Position numbers and translations under genes: made by a program. A stretch of 64,000 bases of DNA from Planctomycetota bacterium (GTDB lineage: Bacteria > Planctomycetota > UBA1135 > UBA2386), in the NCBI GenBank assembly GCA_031423015.1, contig JANPER010000046.1, positions 12,647 through 76,646 of the forward strand. The letters are read 5' to 3'. A model generated the notes under the pieces. That model was given only the letters and a program-made list of their open reading frames with translations. It ran no database searches and had not been told where the DNA came from. Below, one piece after another: positions 1-9,008 of the stretch. How positions within the stretch are numbered: the first letter of the stretch is position 1; every line of letters starts with the position of its first letter.

Positions 1-2
1 GC

Positions 3-779
3 CGCGTGCTGACCATCGGCGCCGACGGTCTGGCGCACATGTTCGATGCCGCGACCGGCGCCAGCCAACCTCTGGAGCGCCACCATGGCGTTTGCCTGTG
101 CGCGGCGTTCGACGCCGAGCTGGGCCTGATCGCCACCGGGGGCGCCGATCGCAAAGTGCACGTCTACGACTGGCAAGGCAAACTGCTGCACCGGCTGGAC
201 ACGTTCTTCGAGGCGCGTCGGCCCTTCTACAACATCGAGGGGAATGCCACCGCGATGACGTTCGACACTGCGCGCCGACGTTTGGTCGTCGCCCATCGTT
301 CGAACCCCGACACGCTCCTGTTGTTCGACGTAGCGGATTGGCAGCCACAGCGCATCGCCCGGCAGCACGAGGGACAGACCTTTTCGGTGCACGCAGCACA
401 TGTGCGCGGTGGACGCTTCTACGCCACCGCGCACAGCGGCGTCGGCGACTGGACATTCGTGAACGCGGAGGCGCGCACCACGCACGACGTCGGACCGAGC
501 AACATGCCTGACACGATCGTGTCGGTGATGCGCTTTTGTCCGACCGATGATGGCCTGCTCCTCGTCGCGTCGCGCGATGGACGCGTGAACCTCTGGGACC
601 TGGACGACGGCGAGCAACACCTCGAACTGCGCGACGAGCACGATGGCGTGCGCTGCGCCGAGTTCAGCGCCGACGGCCAGTGGGTTGTGACGGGCAATCA
701 AGATGGCACGTTGCGGGTCTGGCCGGTGCGCCCGTTGGCGCTGGCGCGCGCTCACTACGCGCGGCTCACCGGGCGTTGA
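3..779 (+). CDS. WD40 repeat protein (5' end probably outside the window; alternative GTG start at 6)
   Basis: ORF 6..779 whose frame stays open to the window edge; repeated blade-like units ending in hydrophobic-W/Y-D or W-P (VHVYDW, LLLFDV, VNLWDL, LRVWPV); convergent with and abutting the sigma gene at 780. Confidence 0.6.
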   Translation, partial: RVLTIGADGLAHMFDAATGASQPLERHHGVCLCAAFDAELGLIATGGADRKVHVYDWQGKLLHRLDTFFEARRPFYNIEGNATAMTFDTARRRLVVAHRSNPDTLLLFDVADWQPQRIARQHEGQTFSVHAAHVRGGRFYATAHSGVGDWTFVNAEARTTHDVGPSNMPDTIVSVMRFCPTDDGLLLVASRDGRVNLWDLDDGEQHLELRDEHDGVRCAEFSADGQWVVTGNQDGTLRVWPVRPLALARAHYARLTGR

Positions 780-1352
780 TCAGACGCCGAGCAGACCCTG
801 CGCGGTCGGCCAGGCGCGCACGCGATCGCGCAACCGTTGCCAACGCTTGGCGAGCGCTTCGTAACTGAGGCCCATGCGCACCGCAACGTCGGCCTGCGGC
901 ATCGCTTCGATACCGACGTGGATCAGCAGACTGCGTTCTTCCTCGTCGAGCGCAGCCGCGCGGTCGAGGAACGCGCGCAGCGCGTCGTCGCGCGACAGGC
1001 GCTGCGTGAGGCTGGTGACCTCGACCGGCACTTGCTCCATCGCCAGCAGCTTGGTGGTGCCGCCGACCGGCAGACCGTCGCGCCCGCGCGACGCCCGCTG
1101 CACTTCGTACAGCACGTGCTTGGCGATCGTGAACAACCACGCCCGCGGCGGTCCGCTCTGGTCGTCGCGCGTCGACCACAACCGCGTCGCGCGCAGCCAG
1201 ATCTCCTGCGTCAAGTCTTCCGGCGTCGCCACGATGCGCATGCGCGGTTCGAGCCGCAGGCAAGCCCACGCGTACAACGCCGCTGCGTGCTCGCGGTAGA
1301 GCACCTCGACGTCGAGGTCATCGCCAGGAGCGGCTGGGTCGGAATCGGCCAC
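780..1352 (-). CDS. ECF-family RNA polymerase sigma factor
   Basis: ORF 780..1457; sigma-70 region 2 (EVLYREHAAALYAWACLRL, LTQEIWLRA) and region 4 (LIHVGIEAMPQADVAVRMGLSYEALAKRWQRLRDRV); start placed at internal GTG 1352 (VADSDP...) because the track start would overlap the divergent JAB gene; start uncertain (GTG 1406 also possible). Confidence 0.7.
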   Translation of the reverse strand: MADSDPAAPGDDLDVEVLYREHAAALYAWACLRLEPRMRIVATPEDLTQEIWLRATRLWSTRDDQSGPPRAWLFTIAKHVLYEVQRASRGRDGLPVGGTTKLLAMEQVPVEVTSLTQRLSRDDALRAFLDRAAALDEEERSLLIHVGIEAMPQADVAVRMGLSYEALAKRWQRLRDRVRAWPTAQGLLGV

Positions 1353-1442
1353 ATCGGAACCATAGCGGCCAAACGGACCACCGGGCACAGTGCTTCGCTC
1401 ATGCACTCGCGCCGTCTTTCTGGGGCGGCCCAGTCTACTGCG

Positions 1443-1922
1443 ATGATCGAGCGCCAAGCACCAACCACCGCAAACGCGGCACCGGCCGCAACCCCTGAGC
1501 GGCGATCGACGTCAACGCTCCATCTGCCTGCCGCATTGCGCGCGCGCATCGGTGCCTGGGCCGTCGCATCGCATCCGCACGAGAGCTGCGGCCTACTCAT
1601 CGGCGCGCGTTCCCCTGGCCGCACCGTGGTGCTCGACGCTTGGCGCGCACACAACCTCGACCACGCGGACGATCGCTACACCATCGATCCGATCGACTTT
1701 CTGGCGGCCGACGCCGACGCGCACGCCCTCGCCCTCGAAGTGATTGGCGTGTGGCATTCCCACCCTCACGGCCGCGCCGTCCCGTCGGCGACCGACCACG
1801 CTCAAGCGTGGGCTGGATGGTCGTACGTGATCGTCGCTACGCTGGCCGGCCGCGCGTGGGACCTGCGCTCGTGGCGGCTCGATGACGGAGTGTTCGTCGA
1901 AGAGACGCTCGTGCGCCCTTAG
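1443..1922 (+). CDS. JAB/MPN (JAMM) domain metalloprotease-like protein
   Basis: C-terminal third of ORF 837..1922 starting at ATG 1443 (MIERQ); JAMM motif E(SCGLL)...HSHPHGRAVPSATD = HxHx7Sx2D; divergent from the sigma gene and 44 bp upstream of fprA. Confidence 0.7.
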   Translation: MIERQAPTTANAAPAATPERRSTSTLHLPAALRARIGAWAVASHPHESCGLLIGARSPGRTVVLDAWRAHNLDHADDRYTIDPIDFLAADADAHALALEVIGVWHSHPHGRAVPSATDHAQAWAGWSYVIVATLAGRAWDLRSWRLDDGVFVEETLVRP

Positions 1923-1966
1923 CGCGCGGCGAACGCGGATACCTCTGCTAGCATCCGCCGCGCTTT

Positions 1967-3406
1967 ATGGCTCAATCTCCGCTGGGATCTTCTGCGCGAC
2001 CCCTGCGCGTCGCCGTCGTCGGGTCGGGACCGTCGGCGTTCTACGCCGTGCAGGCGCTGTTCAAGACGCAGAACATGCACGTGCGCGCCGACGTGTTCGA
2101 TCGGCTGCCGACGCCGTTTGGCCTGGTGCGCGGCGGGGTCGCGCCCGACCACCAGAAGATCAAGTCGGTCACCCGCATCTATGAGGAATTGGCGCAGGAT
2201 CCGCGCTGCCGCTTCTTTGGCAACGTGCTGCTGGGCCGCGACTTGCAGGTCGCCGACCTACTCGCGCACTACGACCAGATCGTGTACGCCCTCGGCAACG
2301 AGAGCGATCGCAAGCTCGGCGTGCCGGGCGAGGACCTCGCGGGCGTGCATTCGGCGACCGAGTTCGTCGGTTGGTACAACGGACACCCGGACTTCAAGGC
2401 GCGTTCCTTCGATCTCGCCAGTGCGCGCACGGTGGCGGTGGTCGGCAACGGCAACGTGGCGATGGACGTCACGCGCATCCTGCTGAAGGATCCCGCGGCG
2501 CTCGCGAACACCGACATCGCCGACTACGCGCTCGCCGAGCTGAAGCGCAGCCAAGTGCGCGAAGTGATCTTGCTGGGGCGTCGCGGGCCGGCGCAGGCCG
2601 CGTTCTCGCCCAAGGAACTCGAAGAGATCGCCGAATTGAGCGACGTCGACGTCGTGGTCACACAGGCCGAGGCCAGCATCGACCCGATGAGCGCCAAGTG
2701 GGCAGAGTCGGAGCCGCGCTCGACGATGCGCAACATCAAGCTCGTCGAAGAGCTGGCCGGTCGCGGCGACGGCAGCAACCCCAGGAAGGCGCGCTGCCGG
2801 TTCTTGGTGGCGCCGGTGGAACTGCAAGGCGAGGGTGGTCGCGTCCGCGCGATCAAGGTCGAGCACGCGTCCCTCACCGCCGACGCCAACGGCACGCCGC
2901 GCCCCAAGGGCAACGGCAAGTACTCGGTGCTCGAGTGCCAGCTCGTGTTCAAGGCGGTGGGTTACCGCGGCGTGCCAGTGCCCGGCGTGCCGTTCGACGA
3001 CAAGGCCGGCATCGTGCCCAACCGCGAGGGTCGCGTGTTGGCACACGCCAAGGGCGAAGTCGTGCCGAACCAGTACGTCGTGGGCTGGGCCAAGCGCGGC
3101 CCCACCGGCCTGATCGGCACCAACAGCCCCGACTCGGTCGAGACCGCCAAGTGCATGGTCGCTGACCTCGCCGCCCAGACCGCGGCGGTCTTGGCGAACG
3201 ACGAACGCCACGCGATCCCACGCTTGCTGCGGAGCCGCCGCGTCGACTTCGTGTCGTGGCAAGACTGGCGGCTGCTCGACGCGCACGAGCAGGAGCAGGG
3301 CAAGCAGCACGGCAAGGTGCGCAGCAAGGTGGTGAGTGTGTCCGACATGATGGCGGTGATCGCCCGCAAACGCGCGGCCACGGGAGCCGCCGAGGAGAGT
3401 GCATGA
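1967..3406 (+). CDS. fprA: ferredoxin--NADP(+) reductase, FprA/adrenodoxin-reductase type
   Basis: ORF 1967..3406; VAVVGSGPSAFYA dinucleotide-binding fold, LPTPFGLVRGGVAPDH, VGWYNGHPDF, second Rossmann GNGNVAMDVTRIL; close collinearity with mycobacterial FprA from memory. Confidence 0.8.
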   Translation: MAQSPLGSSARPLRVAVVGSGPSAFYAVQALFKTQNMHVRADVFDRLPTPFGLVRGGVAPDHQKIKSVTRIYEELAQDPRCRFFGNVLLGRDLQVADLLAHYDQIVYALGNESDRKLGVPGEDLAGVHSATEFVGWYNGHPDFKARSFDLASARTVAVVGNGNVAMDVTRILLKDPAALANTDIADYALAELKRSQVREVILLGRRGPAQAAFSPKELEEIAELSDVDVVVTQAEASIDPMSAKWAESEPRSTMRNIKLVEELAGRGDGSNPRKARCRFLVAPVELQGEGGRVRAIKVEHASLTADANGTPRPKGNGKYSVLECQLVFKAVGYRGVPVPGVPFDDKAGIVPNREGRVLAHAKGEVVPNQYVVGWAKRGPTGLIGTNSPDSVETAKCMVADLAAQTAAVLANDERHAIPRLLRSRRVDFVSWQDWRLLDAHEQEQGKQHGKVRSKVVSVSDMMAVIARKRAATGAAEESA

Positions 3407-5658
3407 AGATCGCCTGCGTCGGCGCGGGCCCGGCGTCGCTCTACTTCGCGATCCTGATCCGCAAGGCGTTCCCCGCCGTCGAGGTCGACATCTTCGAGCG
3501 CAATCGGCACGACGACACGTTTGGCTGGGGCGTGGTGTTCTCCGACGAGACGCTCGGCAACTTCGAGGTCGCCGATCCCGAGACCTACGGCGCGATCCGC
3601 GCCGCGTTTCGCAACTGGACCGACATCGACACCTACTTCGGTGGCGAGCGCACGACGTCGACGGGCCACGGTTTCTGCGGCATGTCGCGCCAGAAGCTGC
3701 TGCTCATCTTGCAGGCGCGCGCGCGGCAGCTCGGCGTGCGGATGCACTTCGAGCGCGAAGTCCGCACACTGTCTGATCTCGGCGCCGCCGACCTGATCGT
3801 TGCCGCCGACGGCATCAACAGCATGGTGCGGGCAGCGCATCAAGACGTGTTCCAAGCGCAGCTCGACTGGCGCCAGTGCAAGTTCGCGTGGTTCGGCACC
3901 GACAAGGAACTGACCGCGTTCACGTTCGTGTTCGCGCCGACCGAGCACGGCCTGTTCCAAGTGCACGCGTATCCGTTCGACCGCGGCCTGTCGACCTGGA
4001 TCGTCGAGTGCCACGAGGACACCTGGAAGAAGGCGGGCCTCGACCAGGCAGATGAGGCCACGAGCGTGCAGTTCTGCGAGCGACTGTTCGCCGATCACCT
4101 GCGCGGCCACCGCCTCCTGGTCAACAAGTCGGTGTGGCGCTCGTTCCCCACGGTCACCTGCAAGACCTGGCGACACTGCAACATCGTGCTGCTCGGCGAC
4201 GCCGCGCACACCGCACACTTCTCGATCGGCTCGGGCACCAAGCTCGCGATGGAAGACTCGATCGCGTTGGCGACCGCGCTGACCGCATCGCGAATGCAGG
4301 ACATCCCGGGCGCCCTGGCCGCCTACGAGACAGCGCGCTACGTCGACGTGCTGAAGACGCAGCGCGCGGCGCAGACCAGCCTCGAGTGGTTCGAGAACTC
4401 GGCGCGCTACATGCAGCAACCGCCGCTCGCGCTCACCTTCAACCTGATGACGCGCAGCAAGCAGATCACGTGGGACAACTTGGGCAAGCGCGATCCTGCT
4501 TTGGTGCGGCGCGTGCGCGACGACTTTGCTGCGCGTGCCGGGGCGCCCAAGCAGTCCGACGGCCAGTGGCCGGTGCCGGTGTTCACGCCGTTCAAGCTGC
4601 GCCAACTCGAGCTGCGCAATCGCATCGTCGTGAGCCCGATGTGCCAGTACTCGGCGGTCGACGGCACGCCTGACGATTGGCACCTCGTGCACCTCGGCAG
4701 TCGCGCCGTCGGCGGCGCTGCCCTGGTGATCTGCGAGATGACGAACGTGACGGCGCAGGGCCGCATCACGCTCGGGTGCACGGGGATGTACCGCGAGGAA
4801 CACGGGCCAGCCTGGCGCCGGATCGTCGACTTCGTGCACACGCACACGGGTGCCAAGATCGGCATGCAGTTGGCGCACGCCGGTCGCAAGGGCTCGGTGT
4901 CGCACCCATGGAACAACGACGACGACCCGCTGCCGCAGGCACAGGCCTGGGAAACGCTAGCGCCGTCAGCGATCCCGTTCCGACCGCACTGGCGCACGCC
5001 GCGGGCGATGACGCGCGCCGACATGGACGCGGTGCGCGATGCCTTCGTGCGCGCCGCGCGCTGGAGCGCCGACGCTGGCTTCGACCTCCTCGAGCTGCAC
5101 ATGGCGCACGGCTACCTGCTGTCGAGCTTCCTGTCGCCGCTGAGCAACCAGCGCACCGACGCGTACGGCGGTTCGCTCGACCGCCGCATGCGCTTTCCGC
5201 TCGAGGTCTTCGCGGCTGTGCGGCAAGCCTGGCCAACGCACCAACCGATCAGCGTGCGCGTGTCGGCGACCGACTGGCTGGGCGCCGCCGGGATGACGCC
5301 ACAAGACACCGTGGTGTTGGCGCGCGCGCTCAAGGCACTCGGCGCCGACCTCATCGACGTGTCGACGGCCGGCAACGTGGCGGAGTCAACCCCCGACTAC
5401 GGTCGCATGTACCAGGTGCCGTTCGCCGAGCAGGTCCGCTTCGAGGTCGGTATGCCCGTCATGGCCGTTGGCGCCATCCTCGGCTCCGACCACTGCAACA
5501 CGATCCTCGCCGCTGGCCGCGCCGACCTGTGTTGCATGGCGCGCCCCCACCTCGGCAATCCGTACCTCACGCTGCACGCCGCGGCGAAGTACGGGTTCGT
5601 GGATCAAGCCTGGCCGGGCCAGTACCTCGCCGGTCGAGGCGCCCCGGATCTGCGCTGA
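3403..5658 (+). CDS. bifunctional FAD-dependent aromatic hydroxylase fused to Old-Yellow-Enzyme-type NADH:flavin oxidoreductase (salicylyl-CoA 5-hydroxylase-like fusion)
   Basis: ATG 3403 overlaps the fprA stop (ATGA); N-half MKIACVGAGPASLYFAIL (FAD fold) ... LLGDAAHTAHFSIGSGTKLAMEDS (FAD monooxygenase DG/GD motifs); C-half FTPFKLRQLELRNRIVVSPMCQYSAVDGTPDDWHLVHLGSRAVGGAALVICEMT ... HMAHGYLLSSFLSPLSNQRTD (OYE/TIM-barrel flavin oxidoreductase). Confidence 0.7.
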   Translation: MKIACVGAGPASLYFAILIRKAFPAVEVDIFERNRHDDTFGWGVVFSDETLGNFEVADPETYGAIRAAFRNWTDIDTYFGGERTTSTGHGFCGMSRQKLLLILQARARQLGVRMHFEREVRTLSDLGAADLIVAADGINSMVRAAHQDVFQAQLDWRQCKFAWFGTDKELTAFTFVFAPTEHGLFQVHAYPFDRGLSTWIVECHEDTWKKAGLDQADEATSVQFCERLFADHLRGHRLLVNKSVWRSFPTVTCKTWRHCNIVLLGDAAHTAHFSIGSGTKLAMEDSIALATALTASRMQDIPGALAAYETARYVDVLKTQRAAQTSLEWFENSARYMQQPPLALTFNLMTRSKQITWDNLGKRDPALVRRVRDDFAARAGAPKQSDGQWPVPVFTPFKLRQLELRNRIVVSPMCQYSAVDGTPDDWHLVHLGSRAVGGAALVICEMTNVTAQGRITLGCTGMYREEHGPAWRRIVDFVHTHTGAKIGMQLAHAGRKGSVSHPWNNDDDPLPQAQAWETLAPSAIPFRPHWRTPRAMTRADMDAVRDAFVRAARWSADAGFDLLELHMAHGYLLSSFLSPLSNQRTDAYGGSLDRRMRFPLEVFAAVRQAWPTHQPISVRVSATDWLGAAGMTPQDTVVLARALKALGADLIDVSTAGNVAESTPDYGRMYQVPFAEQVRFEVGMPVMAVGAILGSDHCNTILAAGRADLCCMARPHLGNPYLTLHAAAKYGFVDQAWPGQYLAGRGAPDLR

Positions 5659-5746
5659 TTCTGCCGCTTGCGGCGGTGGGCGATCACCGATGGATTGGCA
5701 CCGCGAACGACAGCAGGCCCCAGTCGTAGCTGCCGTCGACAATCGC

Positions 5747-5820
5747 CAATCAGCTGCTTTCCAAGGTCATCACCGAAATCGCTGTTCGGTTCCAGCGGAG
5801 GAGTTTCACTTGCGACCTCG
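5747..5820. repeat. left copy of an imperfect ~65-bp direct repeat flanking the toxin-antitoxin cassette
   Basis: caatcaGCTGCTTTCCAAGGTCAtCaCCGAAATCgc...TCACTTGCGAcctcg matches 6551..6612 (caattgGCTGCTTTCCAAGGTCAcCgCCGAAATCcg...TCACTTGCGGcgcgg). Confidence 0.6.
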
Positions 5821-6099
5821 CCATGTCTCGGGATCGCGATGTAGATGGAGGATGGCGAATACGGTCACATCACCGTCACCGACGACAAAGAAGACCCCGT
5901 ATGGAAAGCGGCCGAGCATCGCACGCCGGATCTGCGATTCCACTTCCGGGAACTGCCGGGGTGACTCTTGAATGCGCGCCACCACCCGATCGAAATCAGC
6001 CTCGAACGACCGACCGAGCCCTTCTCGTTCGATTTCATACCAGACGGCAGCATCGAAGAGATCGACCTCCGCTCGGGGTAGGAGGATGAGCGACTTCAC
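5806..6099 (-). CDS. type II toxin-antitoxin system RelE/ParE-family toxin
   Basis: 97-aa ORF; ParE/RelE-like fold signature (AEVDLFDAAVWYE, RFPYGVFFVVGDGDVTVFAILHLHRD); 4-bp overlap with the upstream antitoxin-like ORF. Confidence 0.75.
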   Translation of the reverse strand: MKSLILLPRAEVDLFDAAVWYEIEREGLGRSFEADFDRVVARIQESPRQFPEVESQIRRAMLGRFPYGVFFVVGDGDVTVFAILHLHRDPETWRGRK

Positions 6100-6344
6100 C
6101 TTCGGATTTTGTCGAGCTCGGCGCGAAGATCCTTTCGAACCTCAATCCACGAGCGGCCGTTACCGGCGTTTCCAGCACGATACTCGGCCAGGCGCTCAGC
6201 CAGAATCTTGCGGTGCCAATCCGGAACCGGAAGGCTCTCAGGATGGGCGAGCACTCGGCCCCATAGACCATTGATGTAGTCGATCTGCTCCTCGGCAGAC
6301 ATCTCGTCGAATCCCGGTGGAGGTAGCTTTGGTGCTGCAGCCAT
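6096..6344 (-). CDS. putative addiction-module antitoxin component
   Basis: internal ATG of ORF 6096..6413 (MAAAPKLPPPGFDEMSAEEQIDYINGLWGRVL...); small acidic protein immediately upstream of, and overlapping, the ParE-like toxin; start uncertain. Confidence 0.6.
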   Translation of the reverse strand: MAAAPKLPPPGFDEMSAEEQIDYINGLWGRVLAHPESLPVPDWHRKILAERLAEYRAGNAGNGRSWIEVRKDLRAELDKIRR

Positions 6345-6430
6345 GCCACCAGCATACCAAGATCGTCCTGCGACCGACGCCTCCGTCGACGCCGCGCTAG
6401 TGTGGTGCGTCATGCAGATGGGGCATCAAG

Positions 6431-6511
6431 AAACGAACCACAGAGATGAGAAGACAGAACGAAGGCGTTGTGCCTCTCCGTGATCTCTGTGTGCTCGGTG
6501 GTTCTTCTCTG
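6431..6511. repeat. palindromic REP/MITE-like intergenic element, copy A (degenerate left arm)
   Basis: right arm CTCTGTGTGCTCGGTGGTTCTTCTCTG pairs with left arm GAACCACAGAGAT...; same family as 19151..19247. Confidence 0.55.
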
Positions 6512-6550
6512 GCCTGAGGCGAAGCCGCGCTAGGGCATTGGCATGCAGTT

Positions 6551-6612
6551 CAATTGGCTGCTTTCCAAGGTCACCGCCGAAATCCGCGGCCGCTCGACCT
6601 CACTTGCGGCGC
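6551..6612. repeat. right copy of the ~65-bp direct repeat flanking the toxin-antitoxin cassette
   Basis: see 5747..5820; overlaps the 3' end of the gene at 6600..9008. Confidence 0.6.
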
Positions 6613-9008
6613 GGCGGAGTACTGGCAGGCGGCTTCGGCTTGGCGGGTGGCTTCGGCTTGCGCGCGAGCTGCACGCGCACGTCGACCGGCTGCGGCGCAA
6701 AGGCGTCGACGCCACGCACGACCTGCACATGCGTATTGGGGCCGCGCACGCGCAGCTCGAAGCGCGACAACGCCAGGCCGTCCCACCCCCAGGTCCCACG
6801 CTCCGCCGCCGCCTCGCTCGGCGCGAGCGCCGCGGCCGCGGTGATTCCCTGCGTGTCGACCAACTCGACGCGCACCAGACCCGCGCGAAACGGCTTCCCG
6901 CGCTCGTCGACCACCCGCAGGCGCAGCGATGCGGCCCGTTGCAAGGTCACTTGGTGCAGATCGCGCACCTGACCCGACAACACGATCACCCCGGGCATGG
7001 CGAGCGGTTGATAGCCGCGCGCCTGCAAGCGCAGGTCGACCCGGCCGGCCGGGATGCCGCGCAAGCTGTAGCTGCCGTCGGCGTAGCTCACGCGACGGCC
7101 GTCGACCCCGGCGAACTGCACACCGGCGACTGCTTGGCGGGTGCTCGGGTCGATGACCTCGAGCGCGATGATGCCAGTGCCGGCGGGCATCATCGCCTCG
7201 ACGGGCACGCGCAGCAGGTTGCGCTGCGGGATGCGCACCCGTTGTGGAGTCTGCTGCACGACGTCGGGACCGCGCACGTCGACCAGGTAGTCACCCTCGG
7301 TCAGCTCGGCGATCGAGAAGCGCCCGAGATCGTCGGTCATCGCCCCGGCGTTCTGTCCCTTGCCAGCGACCTCGCGCACCGAGACCCGCGCTGCCCCTTG
7401 TCCCACGTCGGCGCCGCGCGCCACCACGACACCTTCGAGGACGAAGGCGCGCGCCAAGCGCAGCTCGCCCGCGTCGGTCTCGGGGCGATCGTCGGCCACC
7501 TTGACGTCGATACCGGCAGGAGCGTGGTCGGCGGCGCGCGCCTCGACGCGATACTGGAAGGCGGCGACCTCGTCGAAGCGGAACGTGCCATCGGCTGACG
7601 TCAGCACCATGCGCGCGAATCGTTCCGCGCCGAGCTTGGGGACGAGGTTCACCTCGGCGCCCGCGAGCGGGGTGCCCAGCGCCGATCGCACGCGACCGCG
7701 CACGGCGACGCCGCGCTTCATCTCGATCTCGATCCCTTCGCGCACCTCGCCGGCAGCGACCTTGCCCAGCAGCGTGCCGCCCGGGCCACGACCAGGCTTG
7801 CTCGCGACCAGCAAAAGCCCGTCGCGCGGCGCCACCTGGATCTCGAAGCGACCCTGCGCGTCAGTGGGGACTGCGTTGAGGAAGTGCAGGCCGTTGTCGC
7901 CAAAGCCCAAGGTGACCTCGGCGTCGCCCACCGGCTGGTGCGCCGCGTCCACCACGACCCCGCGCACGATCGCGGCACGAATGAGCGCCAACTCCACGTG
8001 CACGTCGCCGTCGGATGACACCACCTCCTGCTCGTGCGCGCGCGCGGCGTGCGTGCTGGTGTCAGCGCGCACTCGAATGCGGCCCGGTGCGACGCCTGAG
8101 AACACGAACCGCCCCGCCGCGTCGGTGCGCATTCTCTGCTCATGGTCGAAGCCATACACGCCACCGCCGCGCGAGTCCCAACGCAGGCGCACGTCGGCGG
8201 CCGCGATGGGCTGCAGCATCGCAGCGTCGCGGACGGTGCCGGACACCGTCGTGCCCTTGGCCATGGTGAACGCGTGCACGTTGTCCCCGGGCGCCAAGAA
8301 CAAACCCGCCACCATGCTGGCACGCACCAAGCCGGTGCTCGCCTCGGAGGTCAGCGCGACGTCGTAGGTTCCCGAACGGATCTCGTCGAGCACGACCGAT
8401 CCCTCCATGCCGGTGACGGCATCGACCCGCGTCCGCCCGCGGACTGCTACGCGCACCCCGGCCACCTTGGCGCCGCCGGCATCCTGCACGCTGGCCAAGA
8501 GCCGCGCCGCGCGCACCATGGCAATGGTGGCCGCCGAACCGAACGGATGATCGACGCGACCTGTCGGCAGATGGCCCGGCGCGCGGGCCCGCAGACTCAT
8601 TGTGGCGGCCTCTGGCAAGCGGACGGTCGCCTTGCCGAACGCATCCGTCGTGCGACGATCGGTGGCACCGGCGGCGGTCGCCTCCACCACCGCTCCCGGC
8701 AGGGCAACGCCCTGCGCATCGAGCACCAGGACCTCACCCGCGTTCAGGCGGGCGCGACCGTCGTCTTCGGCGAACGCCTCGTGGCGCGTGAACGGCGCGT
8801 CGGGCGCCTCGCCGGTCAGCGTCGCGCCCTCGGCATGTGCAGCGTCATCCGCAGCGACTAGCTCCGCCGCGGCGGCATCACCTTCAACTTGCCCACTCGC
8901 GGTGGCCAATGCGCCGCCACCAGTCGGCGTCAACACGAACCAAGCTGCCACGGCAGCTACGGTGCACAGAGCGGCAACGACCAGGCCGCGCGTGCACGAC
9001 ACCCTCAC
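6600..9008 (-). CDS. membrane-anchored protein built of tandem carboxypeptidase-regulatory-like (CarbopepD_reg) beta-sandwich repeats
   Basis: 802-aa ORF; N-terminal TM/signal anchor MRVSCTRGLVVAALCTVAAVAAWFV; many ~80-aa repeats containing G-x-V-x-D/G motifs typical of CarbopepD_reg-like domains; C-terminal KPKPPAKPKPPASTPPRRK tail; ATG overlaps the stop of the upstream sigma gene (ATGA). Confidence 0.65.
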   Translation of the reverse strand: MRVSCTRGLVVAALCTVAAVAAWFVLTPTGGGALATASGQVEGDAAAAELVAADDAAHAEGATLTGEAPDAPFTRHEAFAEDDGRARLNAGEVLVLDAQGVALPGAVVEATAAGATDRRTTDAFGKATVRLPEAATMSLRARAPGHLPTGRVDHPFGSAATIAMVRAARLLASVQDAGGAKVAGVRVAVRGRTRVDAVTGMEGSVVLDEIRSGTYDVALTSEASTGLVRASMVAGLFLAPGDNVHAFTMAKGTTVSGTVRDAAMLQPIAAADVRLRWDSRGGGVYGFDHEQRMRTDAAGRFVFSGVAPGRIRVRADTSTHAARAHEQEVVSSDGDVHVELALIRAAIVRGVVVDAAHQPVGDAEVTLGFGDNGLHFLNAVPTDAQGRFEIQVAPRDGLLLVASKPGRGPGGTLLGKVAAGEVREGIEIEMKRGVAVRGRVRSALGTPLAGAEVNLVPKLGAERFARMVLTSADGTFRFDEVAAFQYRVEARAADHAPAGIDVKVADDRPETDAGELRLARAFVLEGVVVARGADVGQGAARVSVREVAGKGQNAGAMTDDLGRFSIAELTEGDYLVDVRGPDVVQQTPQRVRIPQRNLLRVPVEAMMPAGTGIIALEVIDPSTRQAVAGVQFAGVDGRRVSYADGSYSLRGIPAGRVDLRLQARGYQPLAMPGVIVLSGQVRDLHQVTLQRAASLRLRVVDERGKPFRAGLVRVELVDTQGITAAAALAPSEAAAERGTWGWDGLALSRFELRVRGPNTHVQVVRGVDAFAPQPVDVRVQLARKPKPPAKPKPPASTPPRRK

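Noticed and set aside
837-1442. N-terminal 200 codons of track ORF 837..1922
   Set aside because: Antisense to the ECF sigma gene. Only the JAB/MPN domain from 1443 on is protein-like.
3256-3402. Upstream extension of the monooxygenase/OYE ORF (track ORF starts at 3256)
   Set aside because: The extension is Arg/Gly-rich and overlaps the fprA 3' end in another frame. The Rossmann-fold start MKIACVGAGPAS at 3403, with ATGA coupling to fprA, is the credible start.
6538-8861. Many long ORFs on the plus strand (6543..7598, 7360..8367, 8142..8861 and so on) overlapping the 6600..9008 minus-strand gene
   Set aside because: Arg/Ala/Pro-rich low-complexity translations typical of antisense or out-of-frame ORFs in 70 % GC DNA. 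The minus-strand ORF has coherent domain repeats and a signal anchor.
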